Assembly (NCBI GenBank): GCA_964035545.1
Contig: OZ037765.1
Span: 21,387,304 to 21,451,303 of the forward strand
Reading direction: 5' to 3'
DNA: 64,000 nucleotides
From: Bugula neritina
Taxonomy: Eukaryota; Animalia; Bryozoa
Shown here: piece after piece, positions 26,078-39,100 of the stretch
Layout: every line of letters starts with the position of its first letter
How positions within the stretch are numbered: position 1 is the first letter of the stretch
Notes under the pieces: model-generated
The model's input: only the letters and a program-made list of their open reading frames with translations
What the model was told of the DNA's origin: nothing
Databases searched by the model: none
Position numbers and translations under genes: made by a program

Positions 26078-29000
26078 ATGGCAACTAAGATAATAAATAG
26101 GTCCTTCACTCCAAGTATAATAATTGCTGTTTTGATAATAAATGCTTTTGTGTATGGAGAGGGACGAAGACCACGGAATCGATTTAATCGTGAACATGAA
26201 CGACCGAATATTGTTATCATCATGACTGATGACCAGGATAGTGAACTAGGTATCATTTAACCATCTTTTTCATTTCAACATGTACATGGTACTGCTGATT
26301 GTATGCTTAATTAACAATATTTCTAAACCTATTTTATCAGATGCTGTGTCTACCTCTTAGAGAAAGAGTAGAACATAGGTTATCTACATCATGTTTCTAT
26401 GCTAGTTACTGAGCTGTGACATCCAATGGTTCAGTGCATTATGCAAATAATATAACTAATACAATTGGATCAACTAGCTGCGTGCAGCTGGTTTGGCCCT
26501 TCCTAGTGTGTTATTGCCAAAGTCTAAATTCTATCAAAGTCTAAATAATCAATTGTTTCTTTAGTTTTGTTCTTCTGATTAATTTCTATTTTGATCTTTT
26601 AATCAGACAGTTTATCATCACATTTTGTTATTGGCTATGGTCTATGTTTCATTTTCAACATCAATTCACTACCCAGCCAGTGATGAGCTTACATAATGTT
26701 TGTTAGGTTAAATACTGAAATGCAATTATGATCAATTCTAAATACTCATGTTGAAGTTTATTGATTTTGAATTAGATGCTGATAAGAATGTCATGAAGCA
26801 TTGTTTATAGATACCCAAAATATTTATTACTAATGGCTGCAATTGATTGCTAGATATTTTTCAATGTTGTATTTGGCTATTCTAATGTATATCTTCTACT
26901 CGTTCAGTCAGAAATCTTTTTTATCAAATTGACTTGTAAGATAAGCTAGGTTATTGACAAAGTTCATATGTGGCTTTTAAGTTTTATACATGAATTTTGT
27001 AATGTTTTATGCTGTATTTTCAAGGTTCAATGAATTATATGCCAAAAACAAGGAGGATATTAGAGGCTGGTGGAGTCAAGTTCACTAATGCTTTCACCAA
27101 CTCACCAATATGTTGTCCTTCTAGAAGCTCATTTCTCACTGGTTTACATGTACACAATCATAATATATGGACCAATAACGTAAATTGTAGCTCTAAATAT
27201 TGGCAAACTAACTTTGAAGTAAAATCTTTTGCCACATATCTTCAAGATTCAGGCTACAAAACAGGTTAGTTGGAAGAGTGTGATTCAAAAATATCTTTGC
27301 GTAGGTAGATTAAATAGCCATGATCTAAAGTCCATATACCTTGTTCCCTAGCATCTTGATAGCAATCTGTGGTTTGATCTTTAATTTAACTCTTTTATAA
27401 TTACTCCAGTTTGTTTTCAGTAATTCCAACATCATTTCAAATTCGCATGTTATAGATTGTAATATTCAAGCTATATTTGTAGGCTACTTTGGTAAGTATT
27501 TGAATGAGTACGTGGGAGACCATATTCCAGCTGGGTGGAGAGAATGGATGGGGCTGGTCAAGAACTCCGCCTTTTATAACTACACTGTTAACTACAATGG
27601 AGACTTGATAAAACATGGAGATGATTACCATGATGATTATTTCACAGATCTCATTGCTAATGACAGTCTAGCTTTTTTCAAATCATCTAAACTGAGTTAC
27701 CCCAGCAAGTATGTAAAAGTAGTTGCATGTATATTTATAAGAATATAGTACATTGCAATATTGTCAGCATAAGTAACAGGCTCTATGAGAAGTTATTTGT
27801 TATATAGCTTGCTTCTTTAATCATAGCCATGTTTTATTTTATCATCGATTGTGCTATAATATTGTATATTGTGTTTTAACTTAAGACCGGTAGCAATGGT
27901 GCTGAGTATGCCCGCCCCACATGGCCCCGAGGATTCCGCCCCTCAGTACTCCGACATGTTTCACAATATCACTGACCATCGGTAAGGCAATGCTCTTCTC
28001 ATCTATACATTTGATCTGCTAGGTAGAAATCTTAAACCATCTCCATTTGTGTAAATGTGGTGCAATCAGTCATGGATATTGACCTTTTTATCTGTTAAGG
28101 AAATGATTCAGCGCACTCAGATGTCTATCTCTATTTACATTCACTCTACTTAGCTAGACAAATGTGAATTGGATACAAGTTCACCATTTCTTAGTAAAAT
28201 GATGTCAGAAATGAGATATGATTGTTACATATTACAATGAAGCATGTTTTCTAATATTTATTTTGAATTAGATATTTTTAAAAGCAGAATTCTAGTATTC
28301 TAAGAACTTTTGAGACTTCGTCTATATTCCTCTTAGAGTTTTGCTGCTTTTAAATCAAAAGGAATATTTATTTTATTTAAGTAAATTTCCTTACACTAAT
28401 ACACTGTATTTGATTTTCTAGCACACCGAGTTGGAATTATGCACCCAACCCCGATAAAGAATTATTGTTACAGATTACTGGAAAAATGGAGCCAATACAG
28501 TCGCAATTTGCAGACTTGCTGATGCGGAAAAGAGTCATGACTTTACAGTCTGTAGATGATGCTGTGGAAAAGGTGAACCACATTGTCATTTAGTATTTAT
28601 GCAAGTTTTTCAAACATGTTAAAAAGAGGCTATTGCCTCTGTAATACGATGCTTGACACAAGTCTGCGAGCTGGTGGCTTAAACTTTGTGAAGAATTGCT
28701 AGGGAGATAACTTCATTAATGTTGCTCCCGTGTTACTTTAAACCCCAAGACCTAACTAATAGTCTTCTTTTTGCTTTAAACCCTGTCACTAACTAGCATA
28801 GGTTGGAGCAAATAGAGGTCTGTAGCCTACAAAGATATTACTGTCATAATCAAGTGTGGTCTTTCTTCAGGCATTGAAAATTCGCACTGAAATAGCAGAG
28901 TACCTCCTTTTTATAAGTTCACCTGCAAATATCACCCAATTTTTCACGCTTAGGACCCAAATTGCTGACAGAAGTAATTTGGTGGGCTGATTCTATGATG

Positions 29001-32000
29001 TGCATTAAGATTTATCTATCAATCGATAGCATCATAATCCCAGCCTGCTGTGAACTGGTGTGCACTTATAACATTCTATATACATATATCGTATGTGTAA
29101 TGCTGGGTGTTGTGCCGCCTGAGTGTTTTTACCGCAATATACTTCCATTATTTGTGAGATTATTTGCATATTAAATATTTTTTTCAATGTTCTGTTGCAA
29201 TGATAATAGGTGTCACTTGAGAAATTGTCTTAATATGAGGCCTTGTGGCATAATGTCATCATTTGTATTCTCATTGACTCGAGTGCTGTGTGATATGATA
29301 ATTATGTTGAACTGTAATTAGCTTAGCTAATGTTGTTGTGAATAGATCATTTCTAGTGGTTTTGTTAAGGAAACTTCAGTGTTTACAATGTTGCAAGGTT
29401 GAGCATGGCAAAAAAAAGTTAGTTATTAATGTATGGAATTGGAAAAGAATTATTTTTAATGTTTATAAAGCATAGTTGAAGTAGAAGTCATTTTAGCTAA
29501 TATTTTTAATTAGCTCCACTATTTCTGCAAATTCTTACATTATTTTCAGGGTAGAAGATTTAATACACTGCATATAATTTACCAAAGTATTATGTGAACA
29601 GTCACTAAAATAAAGTTGATACTAATTAATTAGACTCGCTATTTTAATTAGTTTTTAGAGTCGGTAGTAATGGGTACCGATAAGGAACAGTCAGAGCAGG
29701 TTTTAAACATTTTTGATTATTATATTCTGGTAAATAGTCAACATAATGACTATAATGTGTATTATCTGCATGAAATACAGGTATATAATGAACTAAGTGA
29801 TCTCGGCGAGCTGAACAATACCTACATGATCTATCTCTCCGATCATGGGTATCATTTGGGGCAGTTTGGAATTCCTAAAGGAAAATCTATGCCGTATGAA
29901 TTTGATATTCGGATACCGATGTATGCTAGAGGTCCAGGCATTAAGCCAGGCAGCCAGTAAGTGAATATGCTAACTATTTTATTCAGAATCATTTGAATAT
30001 CTTCTCCCACCTACCTTTTTGTTGTATTGTTGAAAAGCTTGAAACTCGCATATTCTAGCCAGCATACTGTTTGGTAAAAATATATTCCACAGTATAAGAA
30101 AATGAAAATAGTCAAAGACAGGTCATCTAAGTACTATTTAATCTTATAATAGAAGAATATAAAATTTAGTTTGCTGATGCACATGTTATGCTAAGTAGCT
30201 CTAATGAATCAAGCTTTATAATATGATGCCAGTGGAAGAATAGCTCTAGATGTTTGATAATACTAAATATATGCATATATACAAATACAAGTTCCACATT
30301 AAGTTCCACAATTTATTCATGGTGTATGTCATGGAATAATGCATATGCTTAATTTATACATTTGCTCTGTCTAGAATCAGTAACCTGGTTGGAATTATAG
30401 ACATTGCGCCCACGCTATTGGATATTGCGCAGGTTACACCACCTGACCACATGGATGGAAAGTCCTTGAAACCTCTCCTGGAAGACAGGTCTGTCATAAA
30501 TCTGCCTTGACACTTTCAGAACAGTTGAGGTCTTCAATAGACATATTTAATAATTGATTAATGCAATTTAGTTCAATATGATAATATTTGTATTCCATCT
30601 CTTTAACAAAATATTTTTGTGGTTTTTAGTACTTTAGGAAACCATGTTATGTTATTTTAACAGCAATCAATCCATGTCTGTGCAGAGAAAGGCCTGGCGA
30701 GACACGTTTCTCATAGAAAGAGGGTAAGCTACTTAAACCTCCCTGTGGTGTGGTTGGTGCACTGCTTGCTTATCATATACTCAATGAAGCTTCATCACTG
30801 GGCGTGTTTAAATTTAATTTATGGCACTTATTACAATATATTATTTAAGGACATATAAACACGGAAGGGAAACACTGTAAAAAAATTTCTAATGTATATG
30901 TGTTTAGTAAGAATACAGTCACTGTTAAGAGTCTCGTATAATTAAAAAGCGACTTTCAAATGCTTCATAAAATATGATTGATTAAAGCATATATTAGATA
31001 TTAGTTTGATGATGGCTTTTATATTCTCATCAAGTTAATATTTAGGAATAGAAAGCAAATAGCATGAATAGCAAATGTGTGAAATTTTTGAAAGTATCAA
31101 AATGGTATCAAACTTTAGACAGTATATATATTATGTGTATTTTACAGAAAGTTAAGGAAACAGTTGATAAACACTAATGGGATAACAGAGAATTTTCTGT
31201 CTATATACTTCAACAATAATGGTGGTATTGAATCCAAGTGTGACAAACCCAGATACCAGTATCCCTGCAAGGCTGACCAGGTAAGTAGGCTCTGTGGTAG
31301 TTCAGCATGACTTGTTTAGGTAATCTCTGCTTGGCAAAAATTTCTTTGAACTTTCTGTAAGTGTTTTTCTGAGATTGAGATGTTATTTTTAGTCAGTAAT
31401 TATAAACTGTTGTCAATATGATTCACTATTTATATTATTATGCATGCTGTAGCTTGTTGCGCCATTGATCATTTTTCTCGCAAAGTTTTCACAGCGTCAG
31501 GATATGTATGACCTTCACCACTCATATTCAAATTGTTGGCTTATAATATGTTAATGTATTCTGACATGTTTACTATTTATCTCAACGTTCTCAATCACTT
31601 TCGATTCCGGTGTTATCCTTTTGTCGGGAGTTGTTTATATGTCGGAGTTTTATAGAAACATGAAATGCTCAACATTGCTCCATTTTGCTAATTTCACTAA
31701 CATCTAGATTTTAGCTACAAGTTGTTGATAGTTTTAGATAATACAGGGTATCATCCACTGGTATTTATTTAATAGTTCTAATATTGAGCACTCACAACTA
31801 TGAATAATGTATAATGTACCTTACATGACATCATTTTAAATAAATCTGTGATATATTTATGTTTTAGAAATTTTATTGCCATAAGGATAGTTTAGATCGT
31901 AGAAGAATTAGAAAATGTAACAAGTTGACAAAGAAATGTCCATGTAAAGAAAATAAACGTGTTAAGCGAAATGCAGGTAACATAAACAATATATTATTTT

Positions 32001-35000
32001 ATAAATTGGCGAATTAAAAAACAAGTAGTTATTTGTTAATGTGTTTATACTGAATGTATATTGTACCAAGTTATGCTGCAGGTATCAAGCTCAAAGTGAA
32101 ATGTCATTGTAAGTATTGATATGCATGTCATATTTTGTTTAGTCTGCGTTGTTGGTGTTTGAAAATTCCGTGTTTCGGTTTTGCTACTTGGCCGTAGAAG
32201 TAGTTAGTATTTTGCTGACTTAGCTGTTTAAATGTTGTCTTTAGACAAGTTTTATTGGCTATTAACTTGACAATTTATAGTTGTAGTTTAAAAGTTCACA
32301 GTTTTAGGTAATAGTAAGAAAAATAAGCCATACAGGAATCGATTATATTTCCCAAAATCCTTTACGTTCTAAAGGGTTATGAAAGTACTAGAAAAGCTGG
32401 CTTGAGGCAGCCTTCTGCTCTATGAATAATTAGCAAAACAAAATGTAACTAAAAATTTCAAACTAAATAAATCAGTTATAGCAAAATAAAGTGTTTAGCA
32501 GGTGTTGTACAGTAGTTTGCATGGAAGTTGTGGGAAATGCATTTGCGCATGTCAACTACAGTCGACATATTGGAACATGTGATGTGTCTTATGCCGGTCC
32601 TTGGTTTGTACAAGTTAATAGATTATCTGATAACATTTTAGTATCTGAATTCATTGCTGGTGCTTGTAGAGGAAAAGCTTGTTAAGAAGTGTTCTGTCAT
32701 AGAGGGAGAAGTTAAATGCAGGCGGGTTGAAGCAAATGGCAAACCTAAAGGAGGAAGAAAATCTCAAAGAGTTCTCAGCAGTCACCAGAAGGCATTAGAT
32801 GATCTGATACGAGATTATAAGCAGCAGCTCGTTCAGCTGAGAGTAAGACCTAGTCCTGTTATCTGATTGCTGGTGTACTTGGAGTGTTTCACATATATGT
32901 TCACCTTTCATCACCATGTCCTGATCGGGTGCCGAGTTTTGCCTCCCCGTTCAAACAAACTTTTCCATCTCACTCGGTCACTTGTATCACTTTGGGTGTA
33001 GCCAGCGGAGGTCAACTTTGATTGTGTCACTCCACCACTGTTTTGGCCGCCCACGCCCTCTGCTTCCCCCCACACTCATCTCGTATACTCTCCTGAAGTC
33101 CTCATCTCTCTGACGTCAACAAACATGGCCATACCATTCTAGCCTCTTTTCCTCATATGTATTTATAAATAGTATTTGATTTAGATTCTAAGAGAAGATC
33201 TGCAGAATGATTTGGAGAACATTGACCTTGACAAATATAAGCTTCCAGCCCACAATGTGACATCAGATGATGTGAAAAGAGTGAAGCTGGCACGGAATAA
33301 CACTCGCATTACAACATCTTTACAAACCACGACTACACCTCAGCCGCTAGAGTTGGAGTGTTTGTGTGCTGCTAATGAAGATGAACTGAATGAAGTTGAT
33401 CCTAAAGAGTAAGTCTTGAATGTTGGTTGGTTCTGGTGTATATACAGACATTAGGCTAGTATAAAGAAGCTCAGAAAATAATTGACGAGTTATATTATTG
33501 ACACTTCATTTTACTTCATGAAGAAAATATCAACTACAAAGAAAGAAAATGAATTTGAAATATTAAAAAAATGAAATGACAATTATTTTCCAGCAATCAA
33601 TTTTTATCTACTTTGCATTGGTAACTTATTTATTTTGTAATCGTAAGTTTGATATCAGAGATATGATTAATTGATGTCTATGCAGTCTTGTGAGAGAGAC
33701 CAATCTTCAGACAACCTCCCTGCCTGTTGAGTTTGTCTCTACTGGGTTGTCTAAACGAGATCAGAAGAGAATTGAAAGACAAAAGAAGCGTGATGAAAAG
33801 AAGCAGTTGCGTCGAGGTGATAAAGAGATCTGTGATGAGGGTGACAGAATCTGCTGTAAGTTGTGACGTCAACTGTTATAAGTTGCTGATTTTACTGCCA
33901 AATATTTATGCTATGCTGCCTTATTTAATTGTATGTTTCTACGGTTTTATCACCATGTGTTGATTTAGTGAGACGTCAGCGTAAGAAAGCAGAGTTCAGT
34001 AAGAGGAACAATCCACACTGTCAGGTTGATGGGGTTGAATGTACTATCATGGATAACAGTCACTGGAAAACTGAGCCCAAGTGGGATAGTAAGTAGCCAT
34101 TAACAGAGCAGCTAGCTGACATGTCAAGCCTAACAAGCGTTTTATTCTAGTATGCAGAATTGCTGTAATATACCTCTATGTTTTTATAAAATCACGAGGT
34201 ATACATTAGGTAAAGGTTATTCTTTAGGTTATATTGTCCATGTGAATGTCTGTAATGGTATTGTGTGGAGATCAGCAGTGAATATATACTTTATTGTATT
34301 ACTTTCTCAATTAGCATGGCATTAAGATTTGTCAATAATTAATTTGAAAGTTAATTGAATAATTACTAAGAGTTGAAACTAATTTTGCTTTTTATGGAAA
34401 CTGCGGGTTTTTATAAAAAGTTTTCTTTTGTAGAAGGTCCATTCTGTTTCTGCAACAACGCGCAGTCGAATGTGTTCTGGTGTTTGCGAGTTCTCAACGA
34501 AACTGACAACTTCCTGTACTGTGAATATATAAATGACTTCCTCAGCTACTTTGACATCAACAAGGATCCGTGGCAGGTAAATCATGTCAAAGAAGTGTTT
34601 TTGAAGATTTGCTGGATAAAATATTGGCAAAGGTGTAACTTTGTAATTGTATCAAGATGTTTCGTTTTCAACTAGTATGTCTTTGCTAGTCACAAGTATA
34701 GCATGCTTATAGCTGTATGTACACATACACATGCACATAATTCTTATAATTTATAAGTGTATTCTGTATAGTATATAGCCTAATAATATGTTGCATCATC
34801 TCAATGCCTGATTTTACAGCTAAGAAATGCTATTCACGATTTATCGTATGCTCGACTCGGACAACTTCACGACTTGCTCATTAGAATGCGGAAGTGTAAA
34901 GGTGCCAAAGAGTGTACATACAGACACAGGAACAGAATAGCTAGCAGTCCCGTGTCAGGTAGTCACTTCAGTAGAGTACAGCACATCCGACACTGAATAG

Positions 35001-35343
35001 CAACTTGCACTTCCTCTATTCATTTCTTCGCGAAATAAAAATTATAAATTGTGTCTAATAATACTGATTGATTCTGACCATCTATGTGTGAAGTTCCTGT
35101 GTTGAAATTTTTAGACACGTGTATTATCCTGACATAATTTCTTTGCAATTACAATTAGTTAGGTTACTGTAGTTCTAGTGTATCTAAGGTACACACACAT
35201 GGTATATCTACAGTATGAAAGAGTATATATTTACCTTTTATGAAATAAACTGCTACTCTATTTGAATTATATTAAGTACTCCTATTCTTTCAACAGGTAG
35301 AAGTTACCAATCACTTCCTGTCATCTCACCAATTCCAGCTTAG
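26078..35343 (+). CDS. Extracellular heparan-sulfate 6-O-endosulfatase, SULF1/SULF2 homologue, 17 coding exons
   Basis: Signal peptide, [24 protein letters not shown] (formylglycine motif), [55 protein letters not shown], basic hydrophilic domain with KRVKR, C-terminal [31 protein letters not shown]; TAG at 35341-35343. Confidence 0.95.
32895..33160 (-). mobile_element. 5'-truncated RTE-clade LINE fragment (ORF2 C-terminus plus 3' end) in a SULF intron
   Basis: Minus-strand translation [49 protein letters not shown]...DRVRWK matches the RLxWxGHVxR...GxRxRGRPxxxWxDxI..DL...DRxxW tail of RTE-type ORF2; GC-rich relative to the host intron. Confidence 0.85.
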
Positions 35344-36174
35344 AAAGTGACCCACATATTTGCCAGAACCAGGATCTAACACTGTGTGGTAATTTTTTTT
35401 ATATTACGTCCATAAACATATTACAATTATACTTATTTTAGGTTTTTGTTTTGTATCTTTATTTTGCCAGTTGTGTGCCATATATTGCATAATCTTTTGG
35501 TAGTTTCAAAATGCCACCAAGTCATTCATATCACTTAAATTTTGCCTGTTTCTATTGTCTCACAGACTTTAATGTACATGTGTGTATTGCTCTCTGTTTT
35601 TTATTCATAAAATTTGTAAAAAAAAAGTTGCGTGATATACAATATCACATCATATCTGTTTTTTGTTAACCTATATATTCATTCATATATGAAAAATATT
35701 TTATAACAATATAACACTAGTGCTAAGCTGCTATCCCTTCTGATGTTATAGAGTGATTGTGTATTGAAAAGTGCACATTCTACATTACTATGGTGAACGT
35801 GTCTGTCAAAGTTTTGTTTTTGAGGACATTTCTATATAATGCAACACTGATTTCTGAATGCAAAAAGTGCGATGAATTATTTGCCTAGCAAATACAGCTT
35901 AAATAAGTTTTCTTGATATAGCTTTATTATAAATATATATCATAATATGAAGAAAATAAGAAAATAGGTGATTGTATGTTTATGAGCAACAATATACGCA
36001 CGTATATATACTAATAAGATGTGAATATTAGTCAAGTTTTTGTTCTACAAATTAGTATTTTCCTGCTTAATAATCGAAGCTGTGTTAAACATAATTTGTA
36101 CTGTTTTGAACACTACCAGTTTTAGACCTCAAAATTTCTTCATTTCTAGCGCATTGTTATTATTGTTGAATACA

Positions 36175-39100
36175 CTATGCTTGCACAACTGTAGCGTTTG
36201 CAGGCTTCCAAACTTGATCTCTGGTCATTGTTTTTGTTAGCAGGTTATTTTCATCCACCATTGCATGTCTTTGAGAAGCTGAAGAGCTCATCTTCAATCT
36301 AATTTCTTCGAAATTGGTTTTATCTACAAAGTGATATAATGAATTGTGAAAAGGTAAAAAGATTGAAATGCAGAAAATAAGAAATGTTTTAGTTTAAACT
36401 AAATGAGTGTCCCATTCAAGGCTGCAGGTAAAATGTGGGTTTTAAAAAATAACTTATTGAGCAGGAGTTGTCCTTTTAATCTTCTTCTTGACCTATCACC
36501 AGCACTTTAATATGGAAAGACAATGCAACTAAGCTAATAAATACCTTCATTTCGGTCCGTCTTTATAGGATATCTAGTGAATCGTTTTAGATGTGGACTG
36601 TTTTTCTGCTCTGTTAATCCCTCTATAGTTGTTCTGAATAAAAGTGTAAGACAATAAACGAATCTTCATGTACTATTCCAACAACATAGTAATTGGTAAC
36701 ATACACATGCATGGGTTATATTTGTAATTTTCTCACACAGATCACTAACTACCTAGTAATATTCTCCAGGGCCTTGTTGAAACCCTGCTGTTTAGCAGAT
36801 ATTGATGGGAGAGGCTTGCTACTGGTTGGAGGGACTGGGATAATTGCATCTAATGGTTCTTTCTTTTCATCCTTAATAAAACTTTCAAGGATAGGGGCTT
36901 CATTGGCCATTGTCTCCATCTCTACTATTGGTGGTAGAGATGTTCTTCCTGGTATCCTTGGTGAAAATCTGTTTATTCTGTCGGCTACTTCCTCTACATC
37001 AGGCCCTGGGTCAGCCGGAGGGTTCATCTACAATAATCCCATCAGATCTTTCTTGAATATTAAAAAATAATTTAGAATAAATATAGAAAATGCAACTACA
37101 CATTTGCAGCTAATAGTAAAACTTTTCAATGGTTTTCAAAAAAAAAGTTCAATCAAACGCACACTAATTGTTTTCTTGACACTTCAAGCCTCTGCCTTTA
37201 ATATAGTAAATACATAAAAACAAAGCCATAAATCTAGCTAGTCTGTATATGATATCATTAAGTCATTGGTTGTAATAATTATCAACAGTTTGGTGTATTA
37301 CCATTAGTATGATCACAAAAATCAACATTTATTCTATTCTTATGATGCACGCGAAATCAAGCACTAGTACATTTCCATAGCATTGAATGAATCTGTATGG
37401 ATGCTCTTACGGTTTGCAAGAACTTATGGTTGGGTTTTATTCAAGGCTACTGTTATCAAGCATCGAATGAAGAATCAATTCGCATAATGCTTGGAAACAT
37501 AATCAACATCACTACACTTTGTAATATACCGTTGGCTCTGGAACAGGTGGGGTATCATCTGCTGCTGTTGACAATCTGTTCTGTACATTGTCTCCTATCA
37601 CAGTACCAATATCAGGAGTCATTGGGAGACCATCAAGGCCAATCATATACTCCTGAACTGGATATTGACTGTTGTAGCCATCTGATTTACCAGACATAGC
37701 TGCCTTTATTAATTCCTGTACCATACCTTTCTCTGTTGGAATAATTATAGCGGTTAAGAAAGGCATAGTATACAACATGCAATATATATTCTATAATGCT
37801 GTACAAATCAAAACAGTAGAAAACTTAGCAATTTTTTGTATATTTACAGTGTTATTCTCTCTTCCATCTCACAATCCATATATTGTGCATGCATGCTTTC
37901 TCAAGATGCTTGCAAAATATTGTCATAGGTGACTTTAAGTACAAATCTGGATTACTTTCAGGCATAGAGAAGATTGAACACCAATCAACATATTTGATTA
38001 AACACATTATGTTTCAATAGCTTGTAGCTAGCACATCGTGATAGAGTAGTTTATAATATACAGTTTTGATTATGTTATCAAGGCATAACAAACCCTGTGT
38101 CTAAAATCTAGATGATTATTGCTGGATGAATGAACACCCCCACCAGTTGAAGCTAAGTTTAAAGAAATACGTTTAATAAAACCTATTGTTATAATATTAT
38201 TTCACTAACTCTGGCCAATTCTGAATGGCATAGATGGTATTGTTAGCATTATATTTGCTATAACCTATTTGTATGTATAACACTGCTTGTGTATTGTAAT
38301 GATACGAAAGTTTTAAATAACTATTAAAATGTGCATATATTTAAAAATCGGGCATATATACAAAATATAGTTGAAGAGTGCAAAATGTCTTGAAATCACC
38401 CATCACTTTAGTTGATATTGTTAATCAATATATTAATCTTACAAAGCAGAAACGTATCGATTATTTTACCATTATCTCCAGCTGCTCCTAGCCACTGCTG
38501 TACTGCTTGAACATCGTCAGTTTGAAGAATTTGACACAACATCATCATTACCTACACAGGTACATCATTGCGGGTATATACATGCATGCAATCATAGCTA
38601 AAGGGCATACTTAGATATGTGAAAAAAACTAAGAATTTTAAAAATAAGCTGATAATAGCAATATGGTTGAGAGTTCGAAACATTTCGAATGCCTATAGTA
38701 AGCACTTCAATCCACTTTACTAAACATTGAGAATCTACACTTGACCACAACCAAACAATTTGCAGCACAATTAAACACAGAATGTGGATCTATTAGAATT
38801 TTCATCACTTTAAAACACAAAAAGGGACTCTTCAGATTTCCAAATACTAGATGTTCCCTTTTAGTTTTCACTTTTTTTCTACAAAAAGTTCATTTTTTTT
38901 GTTTCCTTGCAAAATTTTACTTTCTACATTTTTTCTGAAAACTGGAAAATTCAACTTTGAACTTTTCATTTTGAGAAAAAATATTTCATGTACTTTGGAT
39001 TTTCACAACATCAGTTATGCACTACTCAACTTTTGCTATTAGAAGGACAATTTTAAGCATGTGCTAAAAATATACACATGTAATTATATATGTTTTTAAT

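Noticed and set aside
26250-26258. SULF intron donor GTATCATTT as U12-type
   Set aside because: Lacks the CC at +5/+6, and there is no TCCTTAAC-like branch near the acceptor.
26677-26722. Box C/D snoRNA-like GTGATGA...CTGA
   Set aside because: Too short, with no terminal stem and no recognisable guide sequence.
36693-37699. Plus-strand ORFs of 125 and 100 aa
   Set aside because: Antisense shadows of TBATA exons.
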